DNA from: a virus | Lineage: Duplodnaviria > Caudoviricetes | IMG/VR virus record: IMGVR_UViG_3300020045_006302 | Coordinates: 1-64,000 of that record | Length of the DNA: 64,000 nucleotides | Reading direction: 5' to 3' (one strand) | Shown: positions 21,569 through 31,641 of the stretch, piece after piece | Position numbering within the stretch: the first letter of the stretch is position 1 | Layout of the letters: each line of letters opens with the position of its first letter | Position numbers and translations under genes: made by a program | The notes under the pieces: model-generated | The model's input: only the letters and a program-made list of their open reading frames with translations | Told to the model about the DNA's origin: nothing | The model's database searches: none

Positions 21569-21595
21569 TTATTTTCATTATTAAGGTTAATTTAT

Positions 21596-22108
21596 TTATA
21601 AAGAAGGAGGTGCACTTATTGCTTGCCAAGTATCATTATTTCCATTTTCTATTACTTTAATATATATAGCACCTCCTAATAGTATATTAGGACAACAAAT
21701 TAATTGTCCTAAATTAACATTAGGATAAGTTGTATTTAAATAACTTTTACTTAATCCTACTGTAGTATTATTTACTATAATATTAGATATAATAGGTTTA
21801 TTTTTAATGTAATCTAATAATCCTGTATTTGTTTGTAACCAATCTACTTGTATTTGAGGAGAAGGAATAACAGGAAAAGTTACTTTACTTCCATTTCCTG
21901 TTATATATTGAGTACTATTTCCATTTGGATTAATAGGCGTATATCCTAATGCATTTATTATTTGTGTACTATCAATAGATACTAAATATCCTGCTCCATT
22001 ACTAAGTTGGTTATTATTAATCGGAATATTATTTAATTTAGCAAATGTATCTAAAGATTCTAATGATAATGCTTTAGTAGTTGAATTATATATAACTACA
22101 CTATTCAT
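21596..22108 (-). CDS. Tail fibre-associated protein
   Basis: NNNQLSNGAGY, INALGYTP, GNSTQYITGNGS and QVDWLQ...DYIKNKP motifs common in Bacteroidota phage fibres. Confidence 0.55.
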   Translation of the reverse strand: MNSVVIYNSTTKALSLESLDTFAKLNNIPINNNQLSNGAGYLVSIDSTQIINALGYTPINPNGNSTQYITGNGSKVTFPVIPSPQIQVDWLQTNTGLLDYIKNKPIISNIIVNNTTVGLSKSYLNTTYPNVNLGQLICCPNILLGGAIYIKVIENGNNDTWQAISAPPSL

Positions 22109-22536
22109 TCTTCTGTATTTTTAAATATTAATATATAACTCCATTCTCCGTTTTTTCCTTTTGTATATTCTGTTTGACTTCCTTCAAAACTTCTATTAGG
22201 TAAATTAGGACAAAATACTTTAAATCCTTCTAATTGATTACCATAGATTTCATTTAACATACTATTTGTTTGCCATGTTACAATTTCTTCATTAACTATA
22301 TTCATTACTTCTGAATTTATTAATGAAAGTTGTTCATTAACTTTTTGAATACGTAAATAAGTATCTTGTTCTTCTTGTGTTGCTGCATTATACCAACTAT
22401 TTGTATTTGTATTAAATCTTGGGTCAGCCCAATTTTCTGTACATAAAACAGAGGTAGAATTTGGAGGTTGGTCTTCATAAAACATAGTACTTATAGGTTT
22501 ATAAGTATTAAGGTCATAGATTGTGTAGAGTTGCAT
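22105..22536 (-). CDS. Tail fibre assembly-like protein
   Basis: PPNSTSV....W..PRF.....W...A motif; adjacent to the fibre gene. Confidence 0.4.
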   Translation of the reverse strand: MQLYTIYDLNTYKPISTMFYEDQPPNSTSVLCTENWADPRFNTNTNSWYNAATQEEQDTYLRIQKVNEQLSLINSEVMNIVNEEIVTWQTNSMLNEIYGNQLEGFKVFCPNLPNRSFEGSQTEYTKGKNGEWSYILIFKNTEE

Positions 22537-22538
22537 AG

Positions 22539-23942
22539 TTATAGTTTATCGTTAGTTAATTTAAAATAAGATATAAATGCACTATCTGCTGCATTTGAAA
22601 GTGTTATAGAAAAAAATATATATACTGGTTGAGTTATATCTACTATTTGGCCTGTAAATCCTGCGGAATTAGTTAAATAACTTGAAGGTGTAGCAGTTGC
22701 TCTGTGTACGACAATCCAACCTGCATTCTTAAATTTACCTGTTCTTTGTAGTGTTCCACCGCCTGATGTACTTACAAATGTCTGTTCAATCATTGTAGCT
22801 GCGGTAGTTGGGGGAGTGAAAGTAGCGTTATTAGATATATACATCTTTACAACTTTGGATGCTACTTGTGGAGATGTAAAAGTAAAAGATACTTCCATTG
22901 TTAATGCGCCATAACTAAGTTTATTTGCAGGTACGTCAAATCTTTTAAGTAGTGTTTCTGTTGTAACTCCTGTAATAGGTGTGGAATCACTTGTATCCAA
23001 TAATATCTTTTTTGATGTAGCATCTGTTAATGCATTTTCTACAAATTCAGTATTTGCAATATTTTTAGATACATCCCCTGTTGTTTGGGTGTTTACCTTG
23101 TTAGAAGTTGTTAATCTAAAACTATCTGTTATACTATTATAGATTAACATATAAGAAATATTAGCATCTATTATACCTGCTTGCAATGCAGAACCTCCTA
23201 CAGTTATAGCTTTTGCACCTAAACCATTTATATTTAATGTAGATGCTCCTGTATTTGCAGTAGTAAATCTTATAAAATATTTACTCATATCTGAATAAGT
23301 TGTTATTGCCGGAGTTAAACTTGCTACATAAGTATCTGTTCCTGTTGTAGTAGCTTTAATTTCTGCATTATTTTGACTTATTTTAGTAAGTAATTTAGTA
23401 TCTACATATATCTTTTGGGTATAATCTAAATTTTGTATATTTGCACTATGGTCTATATTAGATATTAATCCTCTTGAATTAGCAGCATCGCTCATTAAAG
23501 TTAAATTCCCATTAACACCTAATACAAGTCTTGTATATGTTAAACTTGTATTTGCATATAATACATTTGTTGTATTATTAATAAATATACCAAAAGAATT
23601 ATTATTTGTTGCCATTCCTGTAAGTATATTTATACCTGCATCAATAGCACTGGTAGCAATTCCTATTTCTCCTGTTACTTTTCCTGTAGGTAATGTTCCA
23701 GCTAAAGGTATATAATCTCCTGTTCCACTTCCTCCTGAAAATACTACCCATTCTTCTGCTTCTTCATCATAATTATAATATGTTTTTTCATCTTGTACAT
23801 AAGTTAATAATCCATCATATAAATAAAATATTTCATCTAAATCTTCTACAGTCGGTACGACAAATCTTCTATCTATAGGAGTAAATCCTTGTATTTCCGT
23901 CCCTGTAGGAAGTAAAATACCATTTATATAAGTATATGCCAT
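22539..23942 (-). CDS. Tail fibre/spike protein
   Basis: 467 aa Thr/Ser/Ala-rich; PIDRRFVV...L, NTGASTLNINGLGAKAI and T..D.SKNIANTEFV fibre motifs. Confidence 0.65.
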   Translation of the reverse strand: MAYTYINGILLPTGTEIQGFTPIDRRFVVPTVEDLDEIFYLYDGLLTYVQDEKTYYNYDEEAEEWVVFSGGSGTGDYIPLAGTLPTGKVTGEIGIATSAIDAGINILTGMATNNNSFGIFINNTTNVLYANTSLTYTRLVLGVNGNLTLMSDAANSRGLISNIDHSANIQNLDYTQKIYVDTKLLTKISQNNAEIKATTTGTDTYVASLTPAITTYSDMSKYFIRFTTANTGASTLNINGLGAKAITVGGSALQAGIIDANISYMLIYNSITDSFRLTTSNKVNTQTTGDVSKNIANTEFVENALTDATSKKILLDTSDSTPITGVTTETLLKRFDVPANKLSYGALTMEVSFTFTSPQVASKVVKMYISNNATFTPPTTAATMIEQTFVSTSGGGTLQRTGKFKNAGWIVVHRATATPSSYLTNSAGFTGQIVDITQPVYIFFSITLSNAADSAFISYFKLTNDKL

Positions 23943-25456
23943 TATGATAATGTATAATTAATAGTTGAATGTATTTGTAATTCTCTTGTTCTATACAAAG
24001 TTAAATTACTTGTAGTAGTTCCATTAGCAAGTATTAGAGTAAAATCTTTTTTAATAAAGAATGCAGTAGTACTATCCCATTCTCCAATAGTTAAAGGAAA
24101 TCCTGTACTTATTGTAGCATCGCTTTTTGTAGATATAAAATATATATATTCATTAGCCACAGCGATATCTACTGATATTGTAGGATTTGATAATAAAAAT
24201 TTAATTATATCTGTATTAATTAGTGTATAATCTTCTTCACTTAAATCTTCATTACCTGATGTACCATACCATTGAGGTATTATTCCTGTAGATGTAACTA
24301 TAGAAGTTTGTGTTACTGTAGTTCCTAACCTATTTATTGTTAAAGTTAAAGTAAATATTACAGTAGTTGCTAAATTACCAACATTTACTGTAGTACTTCC
24401 TTCATCTACAAATTCTAATACATTTAAACTATATCCGTTATTACCAGTTAATACTGCATTTGTAATAATATCGTTATTACTAATTATATTTAAAGTTATA
24501 TTTGTATTTCTATTAACACCTCTTTCTCCCGATGAAGGGCTTATAGTTAAAGATGTAGTTGCATTTTTATGTAATAATTCTCTTATTCCTTCATATTCAT
24601 CTTCTGCTAAGTGAAATCTTTCTGTTACTGTTCCTCCTTGTATTTGTAGTAAATCATTATGTAATGAACTTGTTGAAGGATTTGGTACATCAGGATTTAT
24701 TTGTAAATATGTATTTTCTAATGCAGTAAAATTCAATTCACAAGGTAAACATTTTTTAATAATTTCTAATTGAAATTTTAAATCTAATTCTGCTAATTCT
24801 TCTTCTGTTATATCTTCTACTATATATTTATTATAAAAATATGCAGCTAAATAAAATATAGATAAATAAAATTTATATAATTTTTCTGAATAATATAAAT
24901 CAAATGTAATTAATCTTTGTTTATTTATTTCTAACAATTCTTCATCTATAAATTCTCTATATAAATATGTAGCATCTTGTAAAAATTGATAAATTTCATA
25001 TCCATATGCTTGTTGTCCTACTTCTGCAATTGGTCTTATATTATATATATAAGTCTGCATCATACTCATTAAGTTTTGATATGATATACATCTATTTGCT
25101 TTATCATCGCATTTACAATTTGTACATTTACATTTTTTACATAATAAAGTTTTTAATGAAGGTAATATTATATTATAAAATATACTATTTTGTAAATACA
25201 CTACATAAGAACCTAATAAATCTTCTGTAGTTGCATCTACTATATCTATTATCAAAGGTATTGTATTAAAACCAGGTATATTTGAAGTATTAATTGATGC
25301 TTCATTTCCTGTTTCTATTACAATAGGATTAATATATTCTTGTACTGGTCTTGTAATATGTACAATAACATTTAAAGGTACTGTACCTATATTATTCAAA
25401 ACTACTTCGTCTATTCTTTGGTCTATTGTAACTATTCCTCCTAATTCTAATCCCAT
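23942..25456 (-). CDS. Tail structural protein (Cys-rich, C-terminal beta domain)
   Basis: 504 aa, CKKCKCTNCKC cluster, HNDLLQIQGG motif, within the tail operon. Confidence 0.4.
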   Translation of the reverse strand: MGLELGGIVTIDQRIDEVVLNNIGTVPLNVIVHITRPVQEYINPIVIETGNEASINTSNIPGFNTIPLIIDIVDATTEDLLGSYVVYLQNSIFYNIILPSLKTLLCKKCKCTNCKCDDKANRCISYQNLMSMMQTYIYNIRPIAEVGQQAYGYEIYQFLQDATYLYREFIDEELLEINKQRLITFDLYYSEKLYKFYLSIFYLAAYFYNKYIVEDITEEELAELDLKFQLEIIKKCLPCELNFTALENTYLQINPDVPNPSTSSLHNDLLQIQGGTVTERFHLAEDEYEGIRELLHKNATTSLTISPSSGERGVNRNTNITLNIISNNDIITNAVLTGNNGYSLNVLEFVDEGSTTVNVGNLATTVIFTLTLTINRLGTTVTQTSIVTSTGIIPQWYGTSGNEDLSEEDYTLINTDIIKFLLSNPTISVDIAVANEYIYFISTKSDATISTGFPLTIGEWDSTTAFFIKKDFTLILANGTTTSNLTLYRTRELQIHSTINYTLS

Positions 25457-25473
25457 TACTTTTTTAAATTAAA

Positions 25474-25506
25474 AAACTGCTATTACATCAATAGCAATAG
25501 CAGTTT
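25474..25506 (-). terminator. Intrinsic terminator
   Basis: aaactgctatt/aatagcagttt 11-bp stem followed by a T-run on the minus strand, downstream of 25532. Confidence 0.75.
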
Positions 25507-25531
25507 AAATTAATAATTAAATCAAAAATAA

Positions 25532-26500
25532 TTATGCTGCACCTGTAGTAGTTGCACCATCTACTTCACTTGTATCAGGTACATTACTTCCCGGTTCTGC
25601 GTTATCTGTACCTGACCAACCTAATCCAAATACTTGTGCTAATATAGCAGCCAGTCTTGTTTGTAATGCAGTTGCTGCAGAAGGATAGGCAATTGCAATT
25701 GTATTTCTTGCTGAAAATCTTTTTACAGTAGGACTATCATTTTCAGATGTAAATCCAATAGTAGCTATACTATATGTACCGCTTCCTACTGCATCAGGAT
25801 TATAATTAAACCATAAATCACTATTTTCAATTACACCGTCATTTCCTTTATAACGTGTATAATCTTTTTCCATTGCTTGTACATCTGTACCTACTCCAAT
25901 TCCTGGTACTGGTGCAGTAGTATATGTACCTGTAACTCCTGCTGCAATTCCTCTTGTTCCTATTGCTAAGTCTACATGTGGATTTGATAGAGTAATTGTT
26001 AGGTTAGTTGTAGAAGTTGATGCAACATACCAATTAGGAACTTGTCCACTTGGATATGGATTATTAAGTTTTACTACAACTCTTGCTAAAAATTGTGCAG
26101 TAGTTTCTGTAGATTTCTTAGTTAGATTTACATTACGTCTTTCTGTATTAATAGTATGATTATGTGATTTATTCATTATTGTAAAATCAAATTCTCCTAC
26201 TGTACTATCTGTAATACTTGCATAAGGAATTACAAATACACCATTAACAGGTGCCCTATAATATTGCCAATTTACATAATCTACACTTCTCCTTAATATA
26301 GGAACAGAAGTATGTACAGTTCCATCATCTTTTTTAACGATAAATTGAACTCGTTTAATATCTTGTGCCTGTCCTGCAGTACCATCCAAAATTACTTTAC
26401 CATCTCCAAGTACTACTAATTCCCCTGCTGCAATTGTATTAAGTGCTGCAACTGCTGTAATACTTGATACTACATTTTTTAATACGAATATATCTTCCAT
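25532..26500 (-). CDS. Abundant tail structural (hub-like) protein
   Basis: 322 aa, own terminator, GIGVGTDVQAME motif resembling crAss tail hub proteins. Confidence 0.45.
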   Translation of the reverse strand: MEDIFVLKNVVSSITAVAALNTIAAGELVVLGDGKVILDGTAGQAQDIKRVQFIVKKDDGTVHTSVPILRRSVDYVNWQYYRAPVNGVFVIPYASITDSTVGEFDFTIMNKSHNHTINTERRNVNLTKKSTETTAQFLARVVVKLNNPYPSGQVPNWYVASTSTTNLTITLSNPHVDLAIGTRGIAAGVTGTYTTAPVPGIGVGTDVQAMEKDYTRYKGNDGVIENSDLWFNYNPDAVGSGTYSIATIGFTSENDSPTVKRFSARNTIAIAYPSAATALQTRLAAILAQVFGLGWSGTDNAEPGSNVPDTSEVDGATTTGAA

Positions 26501-26515
26501 CTTTTATTGTTTTTG

Positions 26516-27607
26516 TTATTCTATTATTATATTTTCTCTTACATATTTTTCATAATCATCACTTCCTACTACTCCTAATATAGTTTGTGCTGTATTAGAT
26601 ATTACTTCTTCAAGTATAGTATTATTTAATTCCGAACTACTATTCAAAAGTAAGTCAACTATCACAGGTTTACGCAAATAGGTCAATTTTACGGCATGAA
26701 CTCTGACACCGGCAGGTTTGGGTATCTCTATGAAAAATTCACGTAACACAGCGCAAACACTGGCATCTACAGACCTGCTAAGATATGAGTTTAAAACGTC
26801 GGTTTTATATTCCTCGTCTATAACTCTAACCTCTCCTTCTTTTACTTTTGTATCCGGAATTGTATTTATATTATATGTAAATGCTGCAGAATCAATTTCA
26901 TAAATTTCATCATTTACAAGTACAGTTAAATCTGTTAAATTACCTATTAATTCTATTTTATTATTAAAAGTATTATAACTTACTTCTGTTATTACATTAT
27001 TATTAATATTAATATTATTATAAAAAGAAACAGTAGTATCTACAAATTGTAATTCTCTAAGTCTTTTTTTAATTATTTGTACTACTGCATTATTAAATAT
27101 AAAATTCTTTTTATAAGTTGGTATATTGTCTTGTGGTAAATAGCCATCAGGTAAATCATCTAATGAAAAAAGTGCTACAGTACCCAATACAGGTAATGTA
27201 GCACTTATTTCCAAGGTATCTATATTATCAAAATTTTCAAAAGGATTAAAAGATATATTTCTAATTATTTCACTACTTTCATTATTTTCACATGATACAT
27301 ATGAAGATGCTGATATATAAAATAAATAATCTTTTGGTAGAGGAACTACTAAATCTTTATTATCAAACTGTAATACATTAATTACACGTGTAGTTAATAA
27401 TGGATTTAAATCCTGTATTCTTTTTTTAATATCAAATATTCCTTGTTGTTTATTATTAGATAGAGGGCTAAGTCTTTGTTTTATATATTTACTTATTTCT
27501 CTATTAATAAAAAAATCATATTCCTGTGGCAAAAAACTTCTATTCCAATGTGTACTTGATTTTTGTACAAGTATGTTTAAACTATTGTGAAGTTCCTGCG
27601 TTGTCAT
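26516..27607 (-). CDS. Tail ring protein with insertion domain
   Basis: MTTQELH..LN...K....FLPQEYDFFIN N-terminus and LTYLRKP..V C-terminus typical of crAss ring proteins. Confidence 0.55.
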   Translation of the reverse strand: MTTQELHNSLNILVQKSSTHWNRSFLPQEYDFFINREISKYIKQRLSPLSNNKQQGIFDIKKRIQDLNPLLTTRVINVLQFDNKDLVVPLPKDYLFYISASSYVSCENNESSEIIRNISFNPFENFDNIDTLEISATLPVLGTVALFSLDDLPDGYLPQDNIPTYKKNFIFNNAVVQIIKKRLRELQFVDTTVSFYNNININNNVITEVSYNTFNNKIELIGNLTDLTVLVNDEIYEIDSAAFTYNINTIPDTKVKEGEVRVIDEEYKTDVLNSYLSRSVDASVCAVLREFFIEIPKPAGVRVHAVKLTYLRKPVIVDLLLNSSSELNNTILEEVISNTAQTILGVVGSDDYEKYVRENIIIE

Positions 27608-27608
27608 A

Positions 27609-28673
27609 TTACTTTAAATTAATTTCTTTTTCTAATATATCTCGTATTATTATATTTTCTTGTATTTCTTTATTCTCTAAATATAATACTGCTTCATCTA
27701 TTGTTCTTCCTATCATAATACTATTATTATAATAATATATTTGTGTATTTGCAGGATTTTGTAATTTCCCTTTAGAAACACTCAATCGTATTAATAATTT
27801 AGTTTCCCATTTATCATCCTGAGCAGCTTTTATAAATTTATCTATATTTTCTGGCTTACGATATAATTCATCAAGTACTATAATCTTTTCAATCAAATCT
27901 TCTAATAATGCAGGAGTTTCTCCAAATTCAATTAATACTGCATCTACTTTCCTTTCATTATCTTGTAGAATACTAAATAATCTACCTGCTTCTTCTCTTT
28001 TTTGTATCATAGTATATTTAGTATTAATTGCACTTGATTTCTCAAATAAATAATACATAATTTTACCTGATTTATCTACATCTGCAAGACTATTTGCAAC
28101 TCTTTGATGTTTTATACAGTAAGATAATAGTGCAAAATCTACAGCTGTATCCATATCTAATAATATAGCTACTTCTCCTTTATCATTTTTCTTTACTAAT
28201 CCTCTTTGTATAAAATCTATCTTTTCTTCTATAGTAGTTAGTTTTTGATATTGAGTTTCTGCTGCTTTTCGATTAAATTGAAATTTAATTTTACAAACTT
28301 TACCTTTTTCATGTTCTTTTAGATTTTCATTATCAGGTGGAATTGGTACTCGTATTCCTTTCCAATAATCATCTGTCATACGTCTAAATTCAAATCCATT
28401 ACTTTGGTGTCCTACAATTTCAGGCATAATAAGTAATTCTGCTTCTCCTGTTAATCCTTTTAGAATTGCTTTAGAACCTGACATAAAAGCTGAACCTAAA
28501 TTCCAATTCATATCTACACCCGGAAGTCCTTTCATTTCTGAACTATCTTTCCTTCTTATAGAACATGTTAATTCTACTACTACAGGTATATAATTAATAT
28601 CCGTAGATTCTACTTTTTGTAATTTGTCTAATGGGTTACTTATAGCTGTTGTGCTTTCTGTATTAGTTTCCAT
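27609..28673 (-). CDS. Conserved crAss-like protein downstream of the MCP
   Basis: 354 aa, conserved position; C-terminal LI...V..G.L......YYY.N...IG.T.DEAVLYL. Confidence 0.5.
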   Translation of the reverse strand: METNTESTTAISNPLDKLQKVESTDINYIPVVVELTCSIRRKDSSEMKGLPGVDMNWNLGSAFMSGSKAILKGLTGEAELLIMPEIVGHQSNGFEFRRMTDDYWKGIRVPIPPDNENLKEHEKGKVCKIKFQFNRKAAETQYQKLTTIEEKIDFIQRGLVKKNDKGEVAILLDMDTAVDFALLSYCIKHQRVANSLADVDKSGKIMYYLFEKSSAINTKYTMIQKREEAGRLFSILQDNERKVDAVLIEFGETPALLEDLIEKIIVLDELYRKPENIDKFIKAAQDDKWETKLLIRLSVSKGKLQNPANTQIYYYNNSIMIGRTIDEAVLYLENKEIQENIIIRDILEKEINLK

Positions 28674-28722
28674 ACTTAATTAAATATATTTAAATTTATA
28701 ATTTTTATTATTTTAGAAAATA

Positions 28723-28757
28723 AAGAAAGTCTACTAATTATTTTAGTAGACTTTCTT
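28723..28757 (-). terminator. Intrinsic terminator after the MCP
   Basis: Perfect 15-bp stem aagaaagtctactaa/ttagtagactttctt with a 5-nt loop, T-rich tail on the minus strand. Confidence 0.8.
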
Positions 28758-28777
28758 GTAATTTTAGTTATATCTTT

Positions 28778-30304
28778 TTATGATATATCACAGTATAAAG
28801 AGAAACAATGTGTATTCCTTTTTAAAGCTACCCCACAAGTTTTAAGCATGTGTATAGAACTTTTATCTTGTGAAGTTGATACTACTAATTCATTTGAATT
28901 ACCTCCGTAAGATGCATCCGCAGTATTAAGCTGACCTTGTTTAAGAGCAGTCATACCTTGTTCTACGCCACGTACAAATTGACGTCCTTTTTGATGTACT
29001 AATTGAACATTGTTTTGTCCTTCATAGATACTCATATCAACAAAATGCATTTCATATGAAGTTAATGGCCAACCTGTTTCAGGATGTGTGGGTGCATTTG
29101 CAGCACGTGAACCAAAGTCTAACATAGGTAATTCTGCAATTGTAACTGTATGTCCATCTATATGTCTAAATGTATCAAATGCCATACCAAAAGTTAAACT
29201 CATTGGAGAACCAGTAATAGTATTATTTAATGCACCATCAAGAAGTCTATATCCTGATGCTTTATCTTCTATAGCCCTACTAAATTCCCTACGTCCGCCT
29301 TTACCTGTAAATAGTACTACATTTAGATTATCTGTATCAGTTGCACCGTACATTACATCGCCTACTGTATTGAATAATTTAGCATAAGTTAATACACTAT
29401 AAAAATCCCTATTAGGTATTTGTTCTTTTAGTCCTGATGCATATGGAATTGGCATTTGAGTATCTGGATCAATTGTAGTAATACGTCCAAACGCATCCCT
29501 ATTATAAGTACTTTCCCATAAACTTTCTTCTACTGCTTCCTTAAACTCTAATTCTTTAGTATATTCATAATGTGGCATGAAATAATCTGTAAGTCCATTT
29601 GCAGTTGGTAGTCTAAAGATTACTCGTTTATTAACTACATTACCTGCTACTTCAAAAGATTTACGTAATATACCAATTTGATTTTTAAGTTTACCGGGAA
29701 ATTGAGTATTACTTTCATTACCAAATGAATAACTTTCAGAAGCATTTGCTCCTGCATTCATTGCCCATAGAGTATTATTAGTAAATTCAGATAGAGGTAT
29801 AAAATCTTGATCTGATTTAGTAATAGGCTGGAGTATATATTTATATCCAGTACTAACTTTAGTAGGTTTTGCAGTTACCCTTGCTTTGTATCCATTTGGA
29901 GATACTATATTATGTTGATTTTTAAGCCATGCATCTTTAAATACAATTTCTATCATTGTATTCATATAACCAGGTTTTGCTCCTGTTGTATATTCATGTC
30001 CTGCTATAGCTGATGTATAACGTGTACGTCCTTGTACTGGCCAATCATATTCTATATTCTCTATTCCAATTGATTTAGTTCCTCCCATTTGCCCTTCTGT
30101 AAGAAACAATAGTGGAAACTTTTTACTTTCATTACCCATTACATATGTTATAACAGGATTAAGTGTATCAGGGGCTACCATTCGAGATTGTGTAAGGGAT
30201 TGTATATTTAAAAATCCTTTATCATCAAATGTTTCATCATATAATACTCTATATGAATTATTTTGTTGACCTGATAATGTGCTGTTAGGAGTTCCTACTG
30301 CCAT
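28778..30304 (-). CDS. Major capsid protein
   Basis: 508 aa; FPLLFLTEGQ, KLKNQIGILRKS, VLFTGKGGRREF and F..F.HIDGHTVT motifs of crAss-like MCPs; high-expression codons; own terminator. Confidence 0.88.
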   Translation of the reverse strand: MAVGTPNSTLSGQQNNSYRVLYDETFDDKGFLNIQSLTQSRMVAPDTLNPVITYVMGNESKKFPLLFLTEGQMGGTKSIGIENIEYDWPVQGRTRYTSAIAGHEYTTGAKPGYMNTMIEIVFKDAWLKNQHNIVSPNGYKARVTAKPTKVSTGYKYILQPITKSDQDFIPLSEFTNNTLWAMNAGANASESYSFGNESNTQFPGKLKNQIGILRKSFEVAGNVVNKRVIFRLPTANGLTDYFMPHYEYTKELEFKEAVEESLWESTYNRDAFGRITTIDPDTQMPIPYASGLKEQIPNRDFYSVLTYAKLFNTVGDVMYGATDTDNLNVVLFTGKGGRREFSRAIEDKASGYRLLDGALNNTITGSPMSLTFGMAFDTFRHIDGHTVTIAELPMLDFGSRAANAPTHPETGWPLTSYEMHFVDMSIYEGQNNVQLVHQKGRQFVRGVEQGMTALKQGQLNTADASYGGNSNELVVSTSQDKSSIHMLKTCGVALKRNTHCFSLYCDIS

Positions 30305-30337
30305 AATTTTACTTTTTAATTAATTTGTTTTTTCTTA

Positions 30338-31639
30338 TTATTTAAATTGTCCAACTCCTAATGGAGTTACTGTTGAAGCAGGCGTATTATGCACATTATG
30401 GGTACTTGGGCTTATTACTTGTTGTCCTGATTGCTTATTATATCGTTCTCTTAAAGATAATACTTTATTTTCTTTTGCTATGTTAGCGGCTAATTTAGAT
30501 ATATCATAATTCTTATATCTTAAGTAAGAGGTAAGCAATTGAAATTCTAATGTATCACTTTCTGATTTTACTATATCCTGTGTATTACCTTTTTTATCTA
30601 TAGGTTTATTAAGATAATCAAAAAATGCTTGTCTTTCTGCAACAGGTATAGTAACATTATTTATTTTACCATTATCTACTACTTTCTTAGCTGCTTGCCA
30701 ATATTGTTTTTCTTCTTCTTGTTCTTTCAGAAGCTGTTGTTGAAATAAACTATCTTTTTGTTGTTTATCTAAAGACTGTTGTTTATTTAAAAATAACAAT
30801 GCTTCTGCTGTTGAAGTCTTAATTTGTTTTTCTCCTGCTCCTTTAATCAGTTCAAGCATATTATCTACATTAGGTAAACCCTGTTTAGTAAACATGGTAC
30901 GAATATAGTTAATTTTTGTGTCATTATCCAAATCATCTACCTTAATTGATGCATAATCAATCGAGGTAGGATTAAAAGTTTCATAAGTACCTCCTGTAGC
31001 AATATGTTTGTAAAAATCAAATGTTTCAGGATTAGAAAGTAGAAAATCTTTTACTGCTGTAGTATTTAATTGTGTTACAGTAGTTTTTACTAATTCTTGT
31101 ATCCCTTCTATTGTATCAGGAAATTCTCCTTCTAATTTTATGCCATACTCTTGCTCAAAAGAAGATTTAATATCACTAATAATATCATCTGCTTCTACTG
31201 TAGTTTCTATTACTTCTCCTAATGCATTGGTTTGTTTTCCTTCTGCATTTACAGGCAATTTATCTTCTGCAATATAAGTCTTAAGTTGTTCTTTATTTAG
31301 AACTACTTTTCCTTCTGCATTTACTAAATCTCCTGTTTGATTAACTCCTGTTGCTTTTACTAAATCAAAAACTCCATTACGAATTTCCAATTGTTCTGTT
31401 GATAGTTGTTCTATAGGGAAAGATAAAAGAGCAATTGTTTCGTTAACTTCTTTCTCATTTCCCTCTACAGAAACATCAGCAGATGGTGCTTGTGGAATTT
31501 GAGGTGCTTGTGGGGCTTGTTGTCCTGTTCCATTGTTAGGTGCTAATTCTGCCGGTAAAGTAAAAGGCATTGCATTTCCTTGTGGTTGTTGACCTGTCAT
31601 ACCTAAATCTGGTGTACCAGTAATGTCATTTACGTCCAT
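30338..31639 (-). CDS. Scaffold-like protein between portal and MCP
   Basis: 433 aa; acidic/P-Q-rich N-terminus, helical C-terminus, conserved position. Confidence 0.55.
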   Translation of the reverse strand: MDVNDITGTPDLGMTGQQPQGNAMPFTLPAELAPNNGTGQQAPQAPQIPQAPSADVSVEGNEKEVNETIALLSFPIEQLSTEQLEIRNGVFDLVKATGVNQTGDLVNAEGKVVLNKEQLKTYIAEDKLPVNAEGKQTNALGEVIETTVEADDIISDIKSSFEQEYGIKLEGEFPDTIEGIQELVKTTVTQLNTTAVKDFLLSNPETFDFYKHIATGGTYETFNPTSIDYASIKVDDLDNDTKINYIRTMFTKQGLPNVDNMLELIKGAGEKQIKTSTAEALLFLNKQQSLDKQQKDSLFQQQLLKEQEEEKQYWQAAKKVVDNGKINNVTIPVAERQAFFDYLNKPIDKKGNTQDIVKSESDTLEFQLLTSYLRYKNYDISKLAANIAKENKVLSLRERYNKQSGQQVISPSTHNVHNTPASTVTPLGVGQFK

Positions 31640-31641
31640 AA

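Noticed and set aside
22680-22830. GC-richer stretch in the tail-fibre gene, and GC-richer parts of the MCP
   Set aside because: Largely explained by Gly/Ala/Thr/Arg content and high-expression codons; no clear phased two-arm pattern.
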